Shown: piece by piece, positions 45,077 through 55,290 of the stretch | Layout of the letters: the number at the start of each line of letters is the position of its first letter | How positions within the stretch are numbered: the stretch's first letter is position 1 | NCBI GenBank assembly: GCA_003551215.1 | Contig: PUMD01000137.1 | Span: 1 to 62,104, forward strand | DNA length: 62,104 bases | DNA from: Clostridia bacterium | GTDB taxonomy: Bacteria > Bacillota > Sulfobacillia > SLMV01 | Direction: 5' to 3' | Made by a program: the position numbers and the translations under genes | The notes under the pieces: generated by a model | What the model was told of the DNA's origin: nothing | Databases searched by the model: none | The model's input: the letters and a program-made list of their open reading frames with translations, nothing else

Positions 45077-45955
45077 TCACAAAGGCTGCCAGCGGAAGCC
45101 GCTTTTCCTGCTGTCGATCCGACCCAGACCCGGGAAGGGGAAGTGGAATGCCAACATGAGCATTTTATCCGCCTCCGCGCTGGCAAGAAGCTTCTGACGG
45201 GTGGTCACTGACTGACGAGGGGAGGTATCAACTGCGGCATACCACTGCGGTTTCTCTACGTGCACCGGGTGAAGGATCGCATCCGAGGTGCAAAGCAGCC
45301 GCTGCCCTTCAGACTCTACGAACACGACCATGTGTCCGGGCGTGTGCCCGGGTGCGGGTACCGCCCGTATGCCGGGCACCGCTTCAACCTCACGGTCAAG
45401 CAGCAGGAGATTGTCCTGCAGGGGCGGCAGGTTTGCCCTGGCCGACTCCAGCAGCAGCTGCCTGATATCATCCATTGGCGGTTCAACATAGAATCTTTGC
45501 GCCCCGCCGGAGGTCCAGAAATTCCATTCCTCCTGCATCATCACAAAGCAGGCGTTGGGAAACGACAGCTGGCCGGAGATCGAAAAGTTTCCCCCTATGT
45601 GATCAGGATGCCCGTGGGTGAGCAGCACCGCATCAACGTCATCCGGAGATATCCCTTCGTTGATCAGGTTCGCCATCAGCCTGCCGGTACCGCTGCCCAG
45701 ACCGCCGCCGGCACCGGTATCCACCAGCAAAAGATGCTGCCCCGTGTTGACCAGCAGGCAGTTGTACGAACTTCGCCACGTTCGCCACTTTTGAATGTCG
45801 ACCCCATGGGCAGCCAATACCCTCCGCAGCTTGCCTTTCGGAGCGCCGGGGAAAAGCAGTTCTGCGGGCTCCTCATAAGTATGGACGCCGTCGCTGAGGG
45901 TCAGGCACTCGAACCTGCCCACATCAAAGGAAAAACGTCGGTCATTGCTGTCCAT
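45077..45955 (-). CDS. MBL-fold metallo-hydrolase
   Basis: HxHxDH motif LLTHGHPDHIGG, plus PGHTPGH further downstream. Confidence 0.85.
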   Translation of the reverse strand: MDSNDRRFSFDVGRFECLTLSDGVHTYEEPAELLFPGAPKGKLRRVLAAHGVDIQKWRTWRSSYNCLLVNTGQHLLLVDTGAGGGLGSGTGRLMANLINEGISPDDVDAVLLTHGHPDHIGGNFSISGQLSFPNACFVMMQEEWNFWTSGGAQRFYVEPPMDDIRQLLLESARANLPPLQDNLLLLDREVEAVPGIRAVPAPGHTPGHMVVFVESEGQRLLCTSDAILHPVHVEKPQWYAAVDTSPRQSVTTRQKLLASAEADKMLMLAFHFPFPGLGRIDSRKSGFRWQPL

Positions 45956-46729
45956 TTCTCCTCCTTCTGTACTGGATGCGGCTGATTATCTCTGTCTGAA
46001 AAACTATGTATGGTGCAAAAGTGCTGTGGTGCCAACAGCCGACGCCATGTGTTTGCTTGACAGGTACTTCTCGGCTCCCCCGCGCGACCGGCGCAGCCAC
46101 CACCTTACCGTCGGAGGCCAGGCTATCGCGGGCCACAGATATCGCCCAAATCCTGCCCAAAACCTCCTGCCAGGACATAAAAAGGCACTGCAACCGGTAC
46201 AGCATAGGTCAATTGAAACATATGCCCCTCAGAAAACGGTCAGAACGTGCTCAGAGGTGGGTCAGATCTGACGGGAATCGAGAATGCCGCACCTGGATAA
46301 TCCTTTCTGGTGGCTGGTCAGGAAAGTGGCTTGCCTACATACGGAGAGGCCAGCCGCTGCGTGGGGTGTTTGTCCTTTGAGCAAAACGACTCTCAGCTGA
46401 TCGTGTCTGCCTGATACAGAAGGCATCATCCGGGCGGATTCTAACCGCGGAGGGCCATTAGGCGACTGATCAGCCCAGGGCCCCGGCCGTATGTCATACT
46501 TTTTCTCCGACAGCCCGCACCCAGGGCCGCAGGCCGCCCTTCTCGCGGACCGGAAAGGGGTTTTTGCTTCGGCTCATCAGCGCAGTGGGGGCCGGCGCCT
46601 TTGCACCAGGCAGCAGCCCGGCGGCTGCAAGGGCATCCTGCATAACGCCGGCCCCGCCACGCTCAAAGCCAGATTACATCACCGCCCAGCAGGCCTGCTC
46701 CGGATCCAACCCGTCCCGGACAGCTTCTG

Positions 46730-48067
46730 TCACCTGGCACGGGTGACAGCGCGGTATGCGTCGACGATGCCGTGTCCGAAGCGGTAGTCAAACCCGCGGC
46801 GTCCTATGTCATCTGCCGTCTGATACAAAAGGCCTCTGACCTGCGATACATCGATGCCTGGATTCTGCGCGTACAGCAGGGCGGCGGCAGCAGATACCTT
46901 AGGTGCCGCCATGCTGGTGCCGGCCATCCACACATACATGGCTCCCTCCAGTTCTCCCAGCGGGCTGTAGGCGCTGACACAGTACGAAAAGGGAATGTCG
47001 GCATCTCCGCCGCCCGGGGCCGAAATCCGGGAGTCAGAGGCGCCGTAGTTGCTGTAAGATGCCAGCTCATCCAGACTACCGGTGGCGTTGACCGAAACCG
47101 CCATGGGAGTGGCCGAGGGGACGTGAAAGGCCGGTCTTGCCCTGGCCAGATCCAGCGCTGAGTTGCCTGAGGAGGCCACCACCAGCGAGTTCTGTCTCCA
47201 GGCGTAACTGGTGGCCCTGGCGTAGGCAAGGTACCCGGCGACGTCGTCAGGCTCATTCATCATCCGCCAGCCGCCCAGGCTCATGTTTATCACGTCAACC
47301 CCGTCGTCGGCGGCATCGACTATGGCTTCGATAATCCATGAGGCGTAGCCGTAACCGTGGCTGGTCAGAACCTTGTAGTTGGCGATGCCCGCCTCCGGGG
47401 CCACTCCGATTATGCGTCCCTGCTGGGTGGGGGCGGCTATGGAACCTGCCACGTGGGTTCCGTGGCCGCTGTAGTCGTTTTCATCCTCAGCGGGGACCTC
47501 ACCGTAGTCGGGATGCGTATGGTCCACCACATAGCTTTTGCCGTACAGGTAGTTGGGTTCTATGTCCGGATGATGGTAGTACACTCCCGTATCCAGTACG
47601 GCAACGACCGCTCCTTTGCCCGTTTCCATCTCCCACGTCTCCGGCACTCCGCCCGACCGCTTTATATCCCACTGCAGGCCGCCGTAAAGATCGTTGTCGC
47701 CTGCCTGCTCAGGTGCTGACTCATCCAGGGCGACCCGATTCACCGGAGACTCCATCTCCCATATGATATTCGGGGCAACCTTAACCACAGAGCAAAGCTG
47801 CCCGGCTGCCTGCTGAAAAGAATCATGATGGGATCTCACCACCACGACTCCGATCTGCGGGATGGTGTTGAGCACCTGTCCGCCCACCTGCCGTATATCC
47901 GCCAAATCTTCATCGGTAATGCCGCTCTGCTGCAGCACCACCAAAAACTCCTGAGGTTCTTCTGCCTCCGCCGCGCTGCCGGAGGCTCCTGCAAAAGCAG
48001 CAGGAGAAACCATCAACAAAAGCACCGCTGCGAACACCACTGCAGCAACTGACTGTTTTTTGGGCAT
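46730..48067 (-). CDS. secreted S8-family (subtilisin-like) serine peptidase with N-terminal propeptide
   Basis: Signal peptide. Catalytic triad blocks VAVLDTGV, HGTHVAGSIAA, GTSMAAPKVSAAAALL. GGAGGA lies 5 nt upstream of the ATG. Confidence 0.9.
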   Translation of the reverse strand: MPKKQSVAAVVFAAVLLLMVSPAAFAGASGSAAEAEEPQEFLVVLQQSGITDEDLADIRQVGGQVLNTIPQIGVVVVRSHHDSFQQAAGQLCSVVKVAPNIIWEMESPVNRVALDESAPEQAGDNDLYGGLQWDIKRSGGVPETWEMETGKGAVVAVLDTGVYYHHPDIEPNYLYGKSYVVDHTHPDYGEVPAEDENDYSGHGTHVAGSIAAPTQQGRIIGVAPEAGIANYKVLTSHGYGYASWIIEAIVDAADDGVDVINMSLGGWRMMNEPDDVAGYLAYARATSYAWRQNSLVVASSGNSALDLARARPAFHVPSATPMAVSVNATGSLDELASYSNYGASDSRISAPGGGDADIPFSYCVSAYSPLGELEGAMYVWMAGTSMAAPKVSAAAALLYAQNPGIDVSQVRGLLYQTADDIGRRGFDYRFGHGIVDAYRAVTRAR

Positions 48068-48396
48068 GTAAATCCTCCTTCTGATTGGGATCTGCCTCCA
48101 CCGGAAAACGAGGGAGGGCCTGTCCTGTATACATGTATATCTGACAACTTACCCAGTCAGAACTGTGCGGCAAATATTTCGACACCAGCTGGGAGGCACT
48201 GGCGCAACCTCAGCGAACAGCTCAGGTAGGGCCAAAAGGAATTATTGCAGGGTTCAGCAGAAACATAGAGAGGAAAAGGCCTTCGTCGGCGCCTTCAGGG
48301 AGATGCCTGGCAAAGGCATCCGGAAAACCGACAGCAGAGCCTGTGCAAATCAGACCGGCAGCCCCGGTACTGCACGGAAGCCGCCGGTTGGCGCTT

Positions 48397-48705
48397 TCAC
48401 CTCATTGAAAAACCCATGCCGCTTTTTTCTGACTCTTTCTGCATCTGTTCGGCCATCTGAATCCCCTCTTCGGCACAGATGGCCGGAAAGATGTCGACAT
48501 GGTAGACATCGCTCCAGTCCGAGGTTACCTGCATCATGGCGGAAAAGCTGTCAGCCTCGAATATCAAAAGGACTTCGGGCTCAGATGTGTGCAGCCAGTA
48601 CTCCCCAACCACACTTATCTCCTCGGGGACATCCCATTTCAGACGACGGGCTACTCTCTCCTGCTCTGTACCCGCCCTCACCTTCATTAGCGCAGCGAAT
48701 AGCAT
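48397..48705 (-). CDS. small alpha/beta protein (DUF3303/GYD-like)
   Basis: 102 aa starting MLFAALMKVRAG at ATG 48705, with GGGGGAGAAGGT directly upstream. The family call is tentative. Confidence 0.4.
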   Translation of the reverse strand: MLFAALMKVRAGTEQERVARRLKWDVPEEISVVGEYWLHTSEPEVLLIFEADSFSAMMQVTSDWSDVYHVDIFPAICAEEGIQMAEQMQKESEKSGMGFSMR

Positions 48706-48999
48706 ACCTTCTCCCCCTTCCAAAGCAGATCCGGCCTGTGTACAGACATCCCTTCTGCGGTTCACCTGTGCGGGTCAGATGAACGGATGCATGCGGGGTC
48801 TGCGGCGCCAAGCAAAATATCGCCCGAAGGTTCGCGATGCATCTTCTGGTATTCGCCATCCACCGAAGCTCTCCCTGCTTCTCGGGGCGCAGTCAGCGTC
48901 CCTCCTGCCCCGCGGTGAGACCCTATACCCAGACGGCAGGGATACTCCTGCTCGATAGCGAAGGGCCCTTTCGGTCGGGCACCATCTCGGGGAGGGGGT

Positions 49000-49806
49000 T
49001 CAGTCCTCTTCCCCCTGCATGTGCACATCCATCTGAGGATAGGGAATGCTTATCCCCTCGCGGTCGAAGGCCCGCTTCACCTCTTCCATCATATCAAAAT
49101 GCACTGTCCAGTAGTCTTCTCGTCGGGACCAGGCGCGCAGCAAAAATACAACCGCACTGTCTTCATGCTCGGCAAGTTTGACCTGCGGGGCGGGGTCGTC
49201 CAGAATGAGTGGGTGTTTTTCGGCGAGTTGGGCAAGCACCGCTTTCACCGCGTCTATGTCATCCTCGTAACCGACGCCGAAACGAAAATCCAGACGTCGG
49301 GTCGGGTTGGCCGAGAAGTTGACCGTGGCAGTGTTGGATAGATTCGCGTTGGGAATGATGACCCGACGGTTATCCGGCGTGTTGAGGATGGTGTGAAAGA
49401 CCTGTATTTCCTGCACCGTACCGCTGTAGCCGGCGGCCTCGACAAAGTCGCCCGTCTCAAAGGGCTTGAAGATCAAAAGTAAAACGCCTCCGGCGAAATT
49501 GGCGAGGCTGCCCTGCAGGGCAAGACCCACGGCAAAACTGGCAGCGCCGATCACGGCAATAAATGAAGTCATTTCCATGCCCAGCACCGAGGCTATAGAG
49601 ATAACCAGCAGGATCTTCAGCCCTATCCCTATCAGCGATACCAAAAAGGACCGCAGCGATTCATCGGTATCCAGCCCCTGCATCCTCCGCTGCACCAGCC
49701 GGGTCAGCCAGCCGATGACCTTCAGACCGACTATCAGGGCAACTACAGCTCCTAATATGCTCATTCCCATCGAGATAACCCACGGCAGCAGAACGTCTGT
49801 ATTCAT
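49000..49806 (-). CDS. MscS-family mechanosensitive ion channel
   Basis: Three N-terminal TM helices, then FKPFETGDFVEAAGYSGTVQEIQVFHTILNTPDNRRVIIPNANL, typical of MscS. Confidence 0.85.
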   Translation of the reverse strand: MNTDVLLPWVISMGMSILGAVVALIVGLKVIGWLTRLVQRRMQGLDTDESLRSFLVSLIGIGLKILLVISIASVLGMEMTSFIAVIGAASFAVGLALQGSLANFAGGVLLLIFKPFETGDFVEAAGYSGTVQEIQVFHTILNTPDNRRVIIPNANLSNTATVNFSANPTRRLDFRFGVGYEDDIDAVKAVLAQLAEKHPLILDDPAPQVKLAEHEDSAVVFLLRAWSRREDYWTVHFDMMEEVKRAFDREGISIPYPQMDVHMQGEED

Positions 49807-49972
49807 GATGTCATCCCTCTCTTTGTTCGGTCGTCCCTTTATTTTTGCGCCGGAATATGAAAAGCGGTGGCCTGTCCGCCGAGTGCGTCAACTGAGTAAT
49901 TCTCCCCGCCTTCGGTAATTCCTGCCGGAGGGGATCTTGTGTAGTCATCGACGCTCCACCTACCGGCAGTAC

Positions 49973-50893
49973 TCAGCGAAACAATGGATTCAACAGCTTG
50001 AGCCTCCACCTCAACCTGGTGCAGATAAGCTGATAAATGCCGCGGGTGGTCATGCGAGCCAGGTCAGAACCGGCAGGTTCGGCGCCTTTGTCTGACTCCA
50101 AAAAGCAGTGACGGGGAAGCCCCCTGACCAGCACGGCAGGTATACCCTGGTCGGTCTGTCCCATCAGCAGACCACAGGCTGCCGCTATACTGTCCACTAT
50201 GCTGTCCACACCGCCGAACTTGGGGAGGCCGTGGCGGTCCTCCCGACCGAAATTCCCCCGCACCTCACGAAGCCCCCACCATCCCAGGGCGATATCCTGG
50301 CTTCCCCTGCCCAAAAGACGGATCTCGGAGTCAGTTATTATCACCCCAACCCGCAGGCCGCCGCCCAGGTCGCCCAGCTTGGCCGCCATTTCCTCGGCGC
50401 TTCGGTGGGGCCCGCGGGGCAGCAGCGATATGGTGTGATCACCGGGTACGTTGGATTCATCTATTCCCGCCTCAGTACACACCCTGCCATCCGGCAGGCG
50501 GAAAAACAGCAGGTAAGGCATTCTCTTCAGGGCTTGCTTCGCGCCGGACGACCACTGTGTGGTGTGTCCGGTCGCCTCTCGCAGGGCATCCCGCACCCGG
50601 ACTGCCCCCATGAATGACGCCTCCTGCTGCAGCATCACCTGCAGCTCCCGGGCGTCGCGCTTGACTATCTCCGCCAGCGCCCGGGCCTTCCGTCCTGCCT
50701 CGACCTGGCTGTAGTCGACAATCCGGCCCTGTGCCTTAGCCAGCACCTTGGAAGTTACCACCAGCACATCATCATCAGAAATCTGCACGCCCTGCGACTG
50801 CAGGGCGTCGAAAACCAACCCGCTGAGGTCCGCCCCCTGCTGCACTTCGGGCATGCCGCGCAGGGGAATGAATCTGAGTTCACCGCGGGACAT
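49973..50893 (-). CDS. cofE: CofE-like coenzyme F420:L-glutamate ligase family protein
   Basis: VLVVTSKVLAKAQGRIV and VIITDSEIRLLGRGSQDIALGWWGL...IAAACGLLMGQTDQGIPAVLVRGL blocks. ATG 50893 lies 8 nt after GGAGG. Confidence 0.7.
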   Translation of the reverse strand: MSRGELRFIPLRGMPEVQQGADLSGLVFDALQSQGVQISDDDVLVVTSKVLAKAQGRIVDYSQVEAGRKARALAEIVKRDARELQVMLQQEASFMGAVRVRDALREATGHTTQWSSGAKQALKRMPYLLFFRLPDGRVCTEAGIDESNVPGDHTISLLPRGPHRSAEEMAAKLGDLGGGLRVGVIITDSEIRLLGRGSQDIALGWWGLREVRGNFGREDRHGLPKFGGVDSIVDSIAAACGLLMGQTDQGIPAVLVRGLPRHCFLESDKGAEPAGSDLARMTTRGIYQLICTRLRWRLKLLNPLFR

Positions 50894-51033
50894 ACCAACC
50901 ACCTCCGCCGCCGTACGGACACAAACGTTGATTGCAGTGTTTCTTCATTGAGACCACCACCGAATCTCGAAACATCGACCGCCCACCTCAACTGCCTGAT
51001 GCAAAAGCTTCTGTGCCGTCTGAAGCAGAGATA

Positions 51034-52251
51034 TTAAGGCAATACCGTCCACACGTCTGTCAGGTACCAACGGTCACCAAAACGCTGAAGCTCCGCCGCC
51101 AGCTCCATACCTTCGGTACACATCTGGGCAAATCGGGCCGGAACCGTCACCCAGCCCACGCTCTCTGTGCCCGGAGCTGTCAGCTTCAATCGGCCAGGTC
51201 CCGTCTTTACTATCGCCACCAGGTCCTCTATCACTTCATCCGGTCGGCCGGCGGGAGAAATGGCCGGCCAGTATCGGCAGTATGAACCAGCGCGGGCGGC
51301 CTGACGTCCATCTCGGGCCATCTGCAGCACCCGGGTACGCCACTTTTTTACCTCCTGTTCTGACAGGATCTCCTTTTGCCCCATCCACTGAAGCAGCCGG
51401 CGGATGGTGGTTCCGCACTGGCGGACTTCTGTTTCGGAAGCCTCGAACTTTCTGGGCAGAAAGTAGCCAAAAAAGCTGGGCAGGTAGCTGAGCAGGGTGT
51501 CGGGATGGGCGGTCTGGCAGAAGGTTGAACCCGCTGACCGTACTTCTTTGTAGGAGATTGTCGAGTGATTGAACCCGTAGCTGTTTAGAGCCACCCGCAG
51601 CGTATCGATGCAGTTTCGGTAACGTCGGTATGTTGTGTTGGCAAGCCTCTTTTTTTCATCCCGCAGAAATTCATCGAAGACCCGCTGCAGACACAGCACC
51701 GAATCGTCATTTGAAAACCGCAAACGCAGAAGACGGTTTACCTCCCGGCGGTCAAACCAGGTTGGGTCATAGTCATAACCCAGCATCCGGAGGGCCTCCT
51801 GGTAATCGGGGTGACCTTCATCTTTCAGCGCACCAAGCAGCCGGCAGTACTTGCGGATTCCGCCGAAACCCTCCCACGGGCAGGCCCCGCTGCCCTCGGT
51901 GCATTCGGGGTATGGCTGTGGGTGGTTGTCCACCTCCTGCAAAGCTACAGTGTGTCTCCAATCATCGTCAAAATCATATATGTAGGTTATACTGTCGCCT
52001 ACTTGCGAAAGAACATCGACCAGCCTCACCTGGGCCGCATCATTTTCTGAATACTCAGGGTCGCCGAATCTACTGCCTCCCTGGACGAAAGCATACCTGT
52101 GCTGGCACTTCCAGCCCATGAGAAGCTGCAGCATATGGTGAAGCGCCGCAAGATCAACACAGGCATCTACCCTGAACAGGCGGTATACCTCCGGGCAGGC
52201 TCCGTCGAGCTCCACCTTGAGCCGGTACGTAATTGTCTGGTCATCGTTCAT
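51034..52251 (-). CDS. plasmid pRiA4b ORF-3-like (MM3350-like) domain protein with a ~230-aa C-terminal extension
   Basis: YRLKVELDGACPEVYRLFRV...LHHMLQLLMGWKCQHRYAF...ITYIYDFDDDWRHTV. GGGAGGAG lies 7 nt upstream of the ATG. Confidence 0.7.
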   Translation of the reverse strand: MNDDQTITYRLKVELDGACPEVYRLFRVDACVDLAALHHMLQLLMGWKCQHRYAFVQGGSRFGDPEYSENDAAQVRLVDVLSQVGDSITYIYDFDDDWRHTVALQEVDNHPQPYPECTEGSGACPWEGFGGIRKYCRLLGALKDEGHPDYQEALRMLGYDYDPTWFDRREVNRLLRLRFSNDDSVLCLQRVFDEFLRDEKKRLANTTYRRYRNCIDTLRVALNSYGFNHSTISYKEVRSAGSTFCQTAHPDTLLSYLPSFFGYFLPRKFEASETEVRQCGTTIRRLLQWMGQKEILSEQEVKKWRTRVLQMARDGRQAARAGSYCRYWPAISPAGRPDEVIEDLVAIVKTGPGRLKLTAPGTESVGWVTVPARFAQMCTEGMELAAELQRFGDRWYLTDVWTVLP

Positions 52252-52607
52252 CCGGCTGCTCCTCCCTGTCTTGCAGCTGACCGGCTGAAGTAACGGGAAT
52301 CATCCGCCGGCAGGACAGCTGTTTGCGTTTATCCATCGTATATGCACTTTACATGCCGGTGAATCCGCACCGCAACCCCAAAGCGCTATCAGGTGATGCG
52401 GACTGCGGAGACAGAGCAAAGGCAGCGGGGAAATGCCCGGGCAAAGGGCATCGCCCAGAAGGTCGGATGACTGACCCTACCTGCCTGTTTTTCCTTTCGG
52501 TCCCTGCCAGCGCAGGAGATCTCGCCGCCGGAGCGAATTGGAAGTGATAGAACGCTGCTGCCGTCCGAAGCGACAGGCCCCGCAGCGGTACTTTCGGGAG
52601 GTGTGAT

Positions 52608-52964
52608 ATGAGCAACAGAGACGAAGCGGCGGTGTGCGGTCTGTACTGCGGAATCTGCGAGTATCGATCTGAGAACCCCTGCACGGGATGCATGTCGGTG
52701 GAGGGTCAACCGGGCTGGGTAAAGCAGCTGGACCTTGAGGTCTGTCCGCTTTACGACTGCTGCGTCAACGAAAACCACCTGCAGCACTGCGGCCTGTGCG
52801 ATGATCTGCCCTGCCAGCTTTTCCTCGAGTCTCACGACCCGTCGCTCAACCCACAAGAAGCAAAAAAGGATATTGAAAACCGCATAGACACACTCAAGAT
52901 GAGAAAAGAGATCGGAACTGCAGATTGGCTCATGAGGCAGAGCAAGGACAATCCGGCAGGGTAG
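52608..52964 (+). CDS. DUF3795-like cysteine-rich protein
   Basis: CGLYCGICEYRSENPCTGC ... CPLYDCC ... HCGLCDDLPC. GGGAGGTG upstream of the ATG. Confidence 0.7.
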   Translation: MSNRDEAAVCGLYCGICEYRSENPCTGCMSVEGQPGWVKQLDLEVCPLYDCCVNENHLQHCGLCDDLPCQLFLESHDPSLNPQEAKKDIENRIDTLKMRKEIGTADWLMRQSKDNPAG

Positions 52965-53140
52965 CGGCGTGCAGCACAGGCGCAGAACACAGAAGCGTCC
53001 CTTCAGCACCCTGACGCCCACCGGCTCGGCCGGCTCACCCACCGCAGGATACATCCAAAGTAGCGAGGCTCACAGCCCGGGGCGGGGCGGTGCCGGGCTG
53101 CACAAGTCTCCAAGCACTCTTGGAAAGAAGGTGGCCTACC

Positions 53141-54943
53141 ATGCCCAGTAATCACCGTCACTTCAACCAGATGGTGCCGATGCGAGATAAAGTAAAGCTG
53201 TCCACCGACATATATCTGCCGCAGACGACAAAGGCCTACAGCTGGCCGGCTGTACTTCTCAGGACGCCCTACGACAAGACATCGGATGCAATGGTCGAAG
53301 TCGGAGAGTATTTTGCCTCGGCAGATTACGCCTGCGTGATTCAGGATGTGCGCGGCCGTCATGCCTCCGAAGGCGAATTTGAGCCTTTCATAAATGAGGC
53401 GGAGGACGGACACGACTGCCTGCGGTGGCTGGGCCGCCAGGACTGGTGCGACGGAAGGGTGGGTACTATGGGAACCTCGTATCTGGCCCAGACACAGGCG
53501 AGCATGGCCACAACCGGTCCTCCCCATCTGGCATCTCAGTACATCAGCCAGGGTTACGGCAGCTATCACCGCACCCGCAGTCGGAGAGGGGGAGCCTTTG
53601 AGAATCACCGCCTGAACTGGATTCTGCGCATGGCAGCCACCAGCAAACAGGCGGCGGAAGATCCCTCACTGCAGGCATCAATCCGGCACATGCAGAATAA
53701 TTTACTGGACTGGCTTGACGAGGGATATCCCATTCGCGAGGGCCTCACTCCCCTGAGCCGTCTTCCCACCTATGAAAAGGCCCTTATCAACTTCATGACC
53801 CACGGAATATTGGATGAATTCTGGCACAATCCTGGACTCAACCTGAACCCGCATTTCGATAGCTACCCTGACGTGCCGGTGACCTGGCTGGGCAGCTGGT
53901 ACGACGGTTACGCGCTGGAGACGCCGGAAAACTTCTGTCAGCTGGCCCGACGGGCGCAGTCACCTCAGCGACTGATTATGGGGCCGTGGGTCCACGGCAT
54001 GAGCGCAGAACAAAAGACCTGGGCGGGTGACATAGATTTTGGACCGCAGGCTGCCTTCGAATCGCTGCGGGAAAGAAGACGCTGGTTCGACTGCACGCTG
54101 CGGGGGATAGAAAACGGGGTCGATGAGGAACCGCCTGTACGCATCTTCGTCATGGGCGGAGGTTCAGGCCGCAAGCTGTCCAGCGGGAAGATGGACCATG
54201 GAGGCAGATGGCGCTGCGAGGCGGAGTGGCCGCTTGGCCGGGCTGTCGATTCCCGGTATTATCTTCAGTCAGATGGCGGGCTCTCGGTCGATCATCCGCC
54301 GGCGGATGCCCCACCCTTCACCTACGATTTCGATCCGGCCGACCCCGTGCCCTCCATCAGCGCTGCTGGTCAGACGGTTTTCACCTCTTCAGGAGGTGGG
54401 TACGATCAGATGCAGGACCCGACCACCGGTGCCGGCGGTACCTCGCTTCCCCTCTCTGCACGGTCTGATAATCTGGTCTTCATGACTCAGCCGCTTGAGC
54501 GCAATACGGAGGTGACCGGGCCGATAGAGGTGGTCCTGTTCGTCTCCTCTTCGGCGGTAGATACGGATTTCACCGCCAAACTGATTGATCAATACCCGCC
54601 CAACGAGGACTACCCGCAAGGGTACGCGCTGCAGCTTACCTACAGCATCCAAAGATGCCGCTACCGCAGCGGTTATGACTCGGAGCTGCTGATGGAACCC
54701 GGGCGGATATACCGTCTGTGCTTTCCGCTGGCACCGACGGGGAACCTGTTTTGCGCCGGGCATAGAATACGTGTGGATATATCCAGCAGCAACTGGCCCA
54801 AATATGAGGTGAATCCCAACACCGGCGAGCCAGTCGGGCGGCACCGGTGCCGGCAACGAGCGCGCAACCAGGTGTTTTGCGACGCGCGGCACCCGTCGCA
54901 CATCGTGCTGCCGATCATTCCGGGCAAAAATGGGGCCAACTGA
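53141..54943 (+). CDS. CocE/NonD-family (S15, X-Pro dipeptidyl-peptidase-like) hydrolase
   Basis: VPMRDKVKLSTDIYLP N-terminus, nucleophile block GTMGTSYLAQTQ, and a C-terminal beta-sandwich part. ATG 53141 is preceded by GAAGGTGG. Confidence 0.8.
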   Translation: MPSNHRHFNQMVPMRDKVKLSTDIYLPQTTKAYSWPAVLLRTPYDKTSDAMVEVGEYFASADYACVIQDVRGRHASEGEFEPFINEAEDGHDCLRWLGRQDWCDGRVGTMGTSYLAQTQASMATTGPPHLASQYISQGYGSYHRTRSRRGGAFENHRLNWILRMAATSKQAAEDPSLQASIRHMQNNLLDWLDEGYPIREGLTPLSRLPTYEKALINFMTHGILDEFWHNPGLNLNPHFDSYPDVPVTWLGSWYDGYALETPENFCQLARRAQSPQRLIMGPWVHGMSAEQKTWAGDIDFGPQAAFESLRERRRWFDCTLRGIENGVDEEPPVRIFVMGGGSGRKLSSGKMDHGGRWRCEAEWPLGRAVDSRYYLQSDGGLSVDHPPADAPPFTYDFDPADPVPSISAAGQTVFTSSGGGYDQMQDPTTGAGGTSLPLSARSDNLVFMTQPLERNTEVTGPIEVVLFVSSSAVDTDFTAKLIDQYPPNEDYPQGYALQLTYSIQRCRYRSGYDSELLMEPGRIYRLCFPLAPTGNLFCAGHRIRVDISSSNWPKYEVNPNTGEPVGRHRCRQRARNQVFCDARHPSHIVLPIIPGKNGAN

Positions 54944-55290
54944 AGGAGATTAGCCTGTGAGTGCATCATCGGGGGGCGGAGCCGGCCTTGCTATCCTCGG
55001 GTCCGCCCCCGGCTGTTTGGTCCTGGCGGCATGGCTCTCATTCGCTCTCGGACCGGTACAGCCACAGCAAAGGTCGAAAACCGGAGTCCGATGCTATTCA
55101 ATCCTGCATCATAATTAGCTGCCCAAAATCCGCACGTGCGGTTGGTCAATTGCAGGAATGCCGCCGACCGGCAGCTGCCATTCGGCGGCATTCGGGTATC
55201 CTATTGGCCTTTGTGTCAGAGAATGGTTACTCCGGCCGGCTGCTCAGCTTCAGCGCGAGACGGCAGGCAGCAGGGAGTAGATGCTCGGAC

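Noticed and set aside
52389-53054. 221-aa minus-strand ORF
   Set aside because: It overlaps the plus-strand DUF3795-like gene, which has a strong SD and a clear cysteine-motif pattern. The minus-strand product has no recognisable features.
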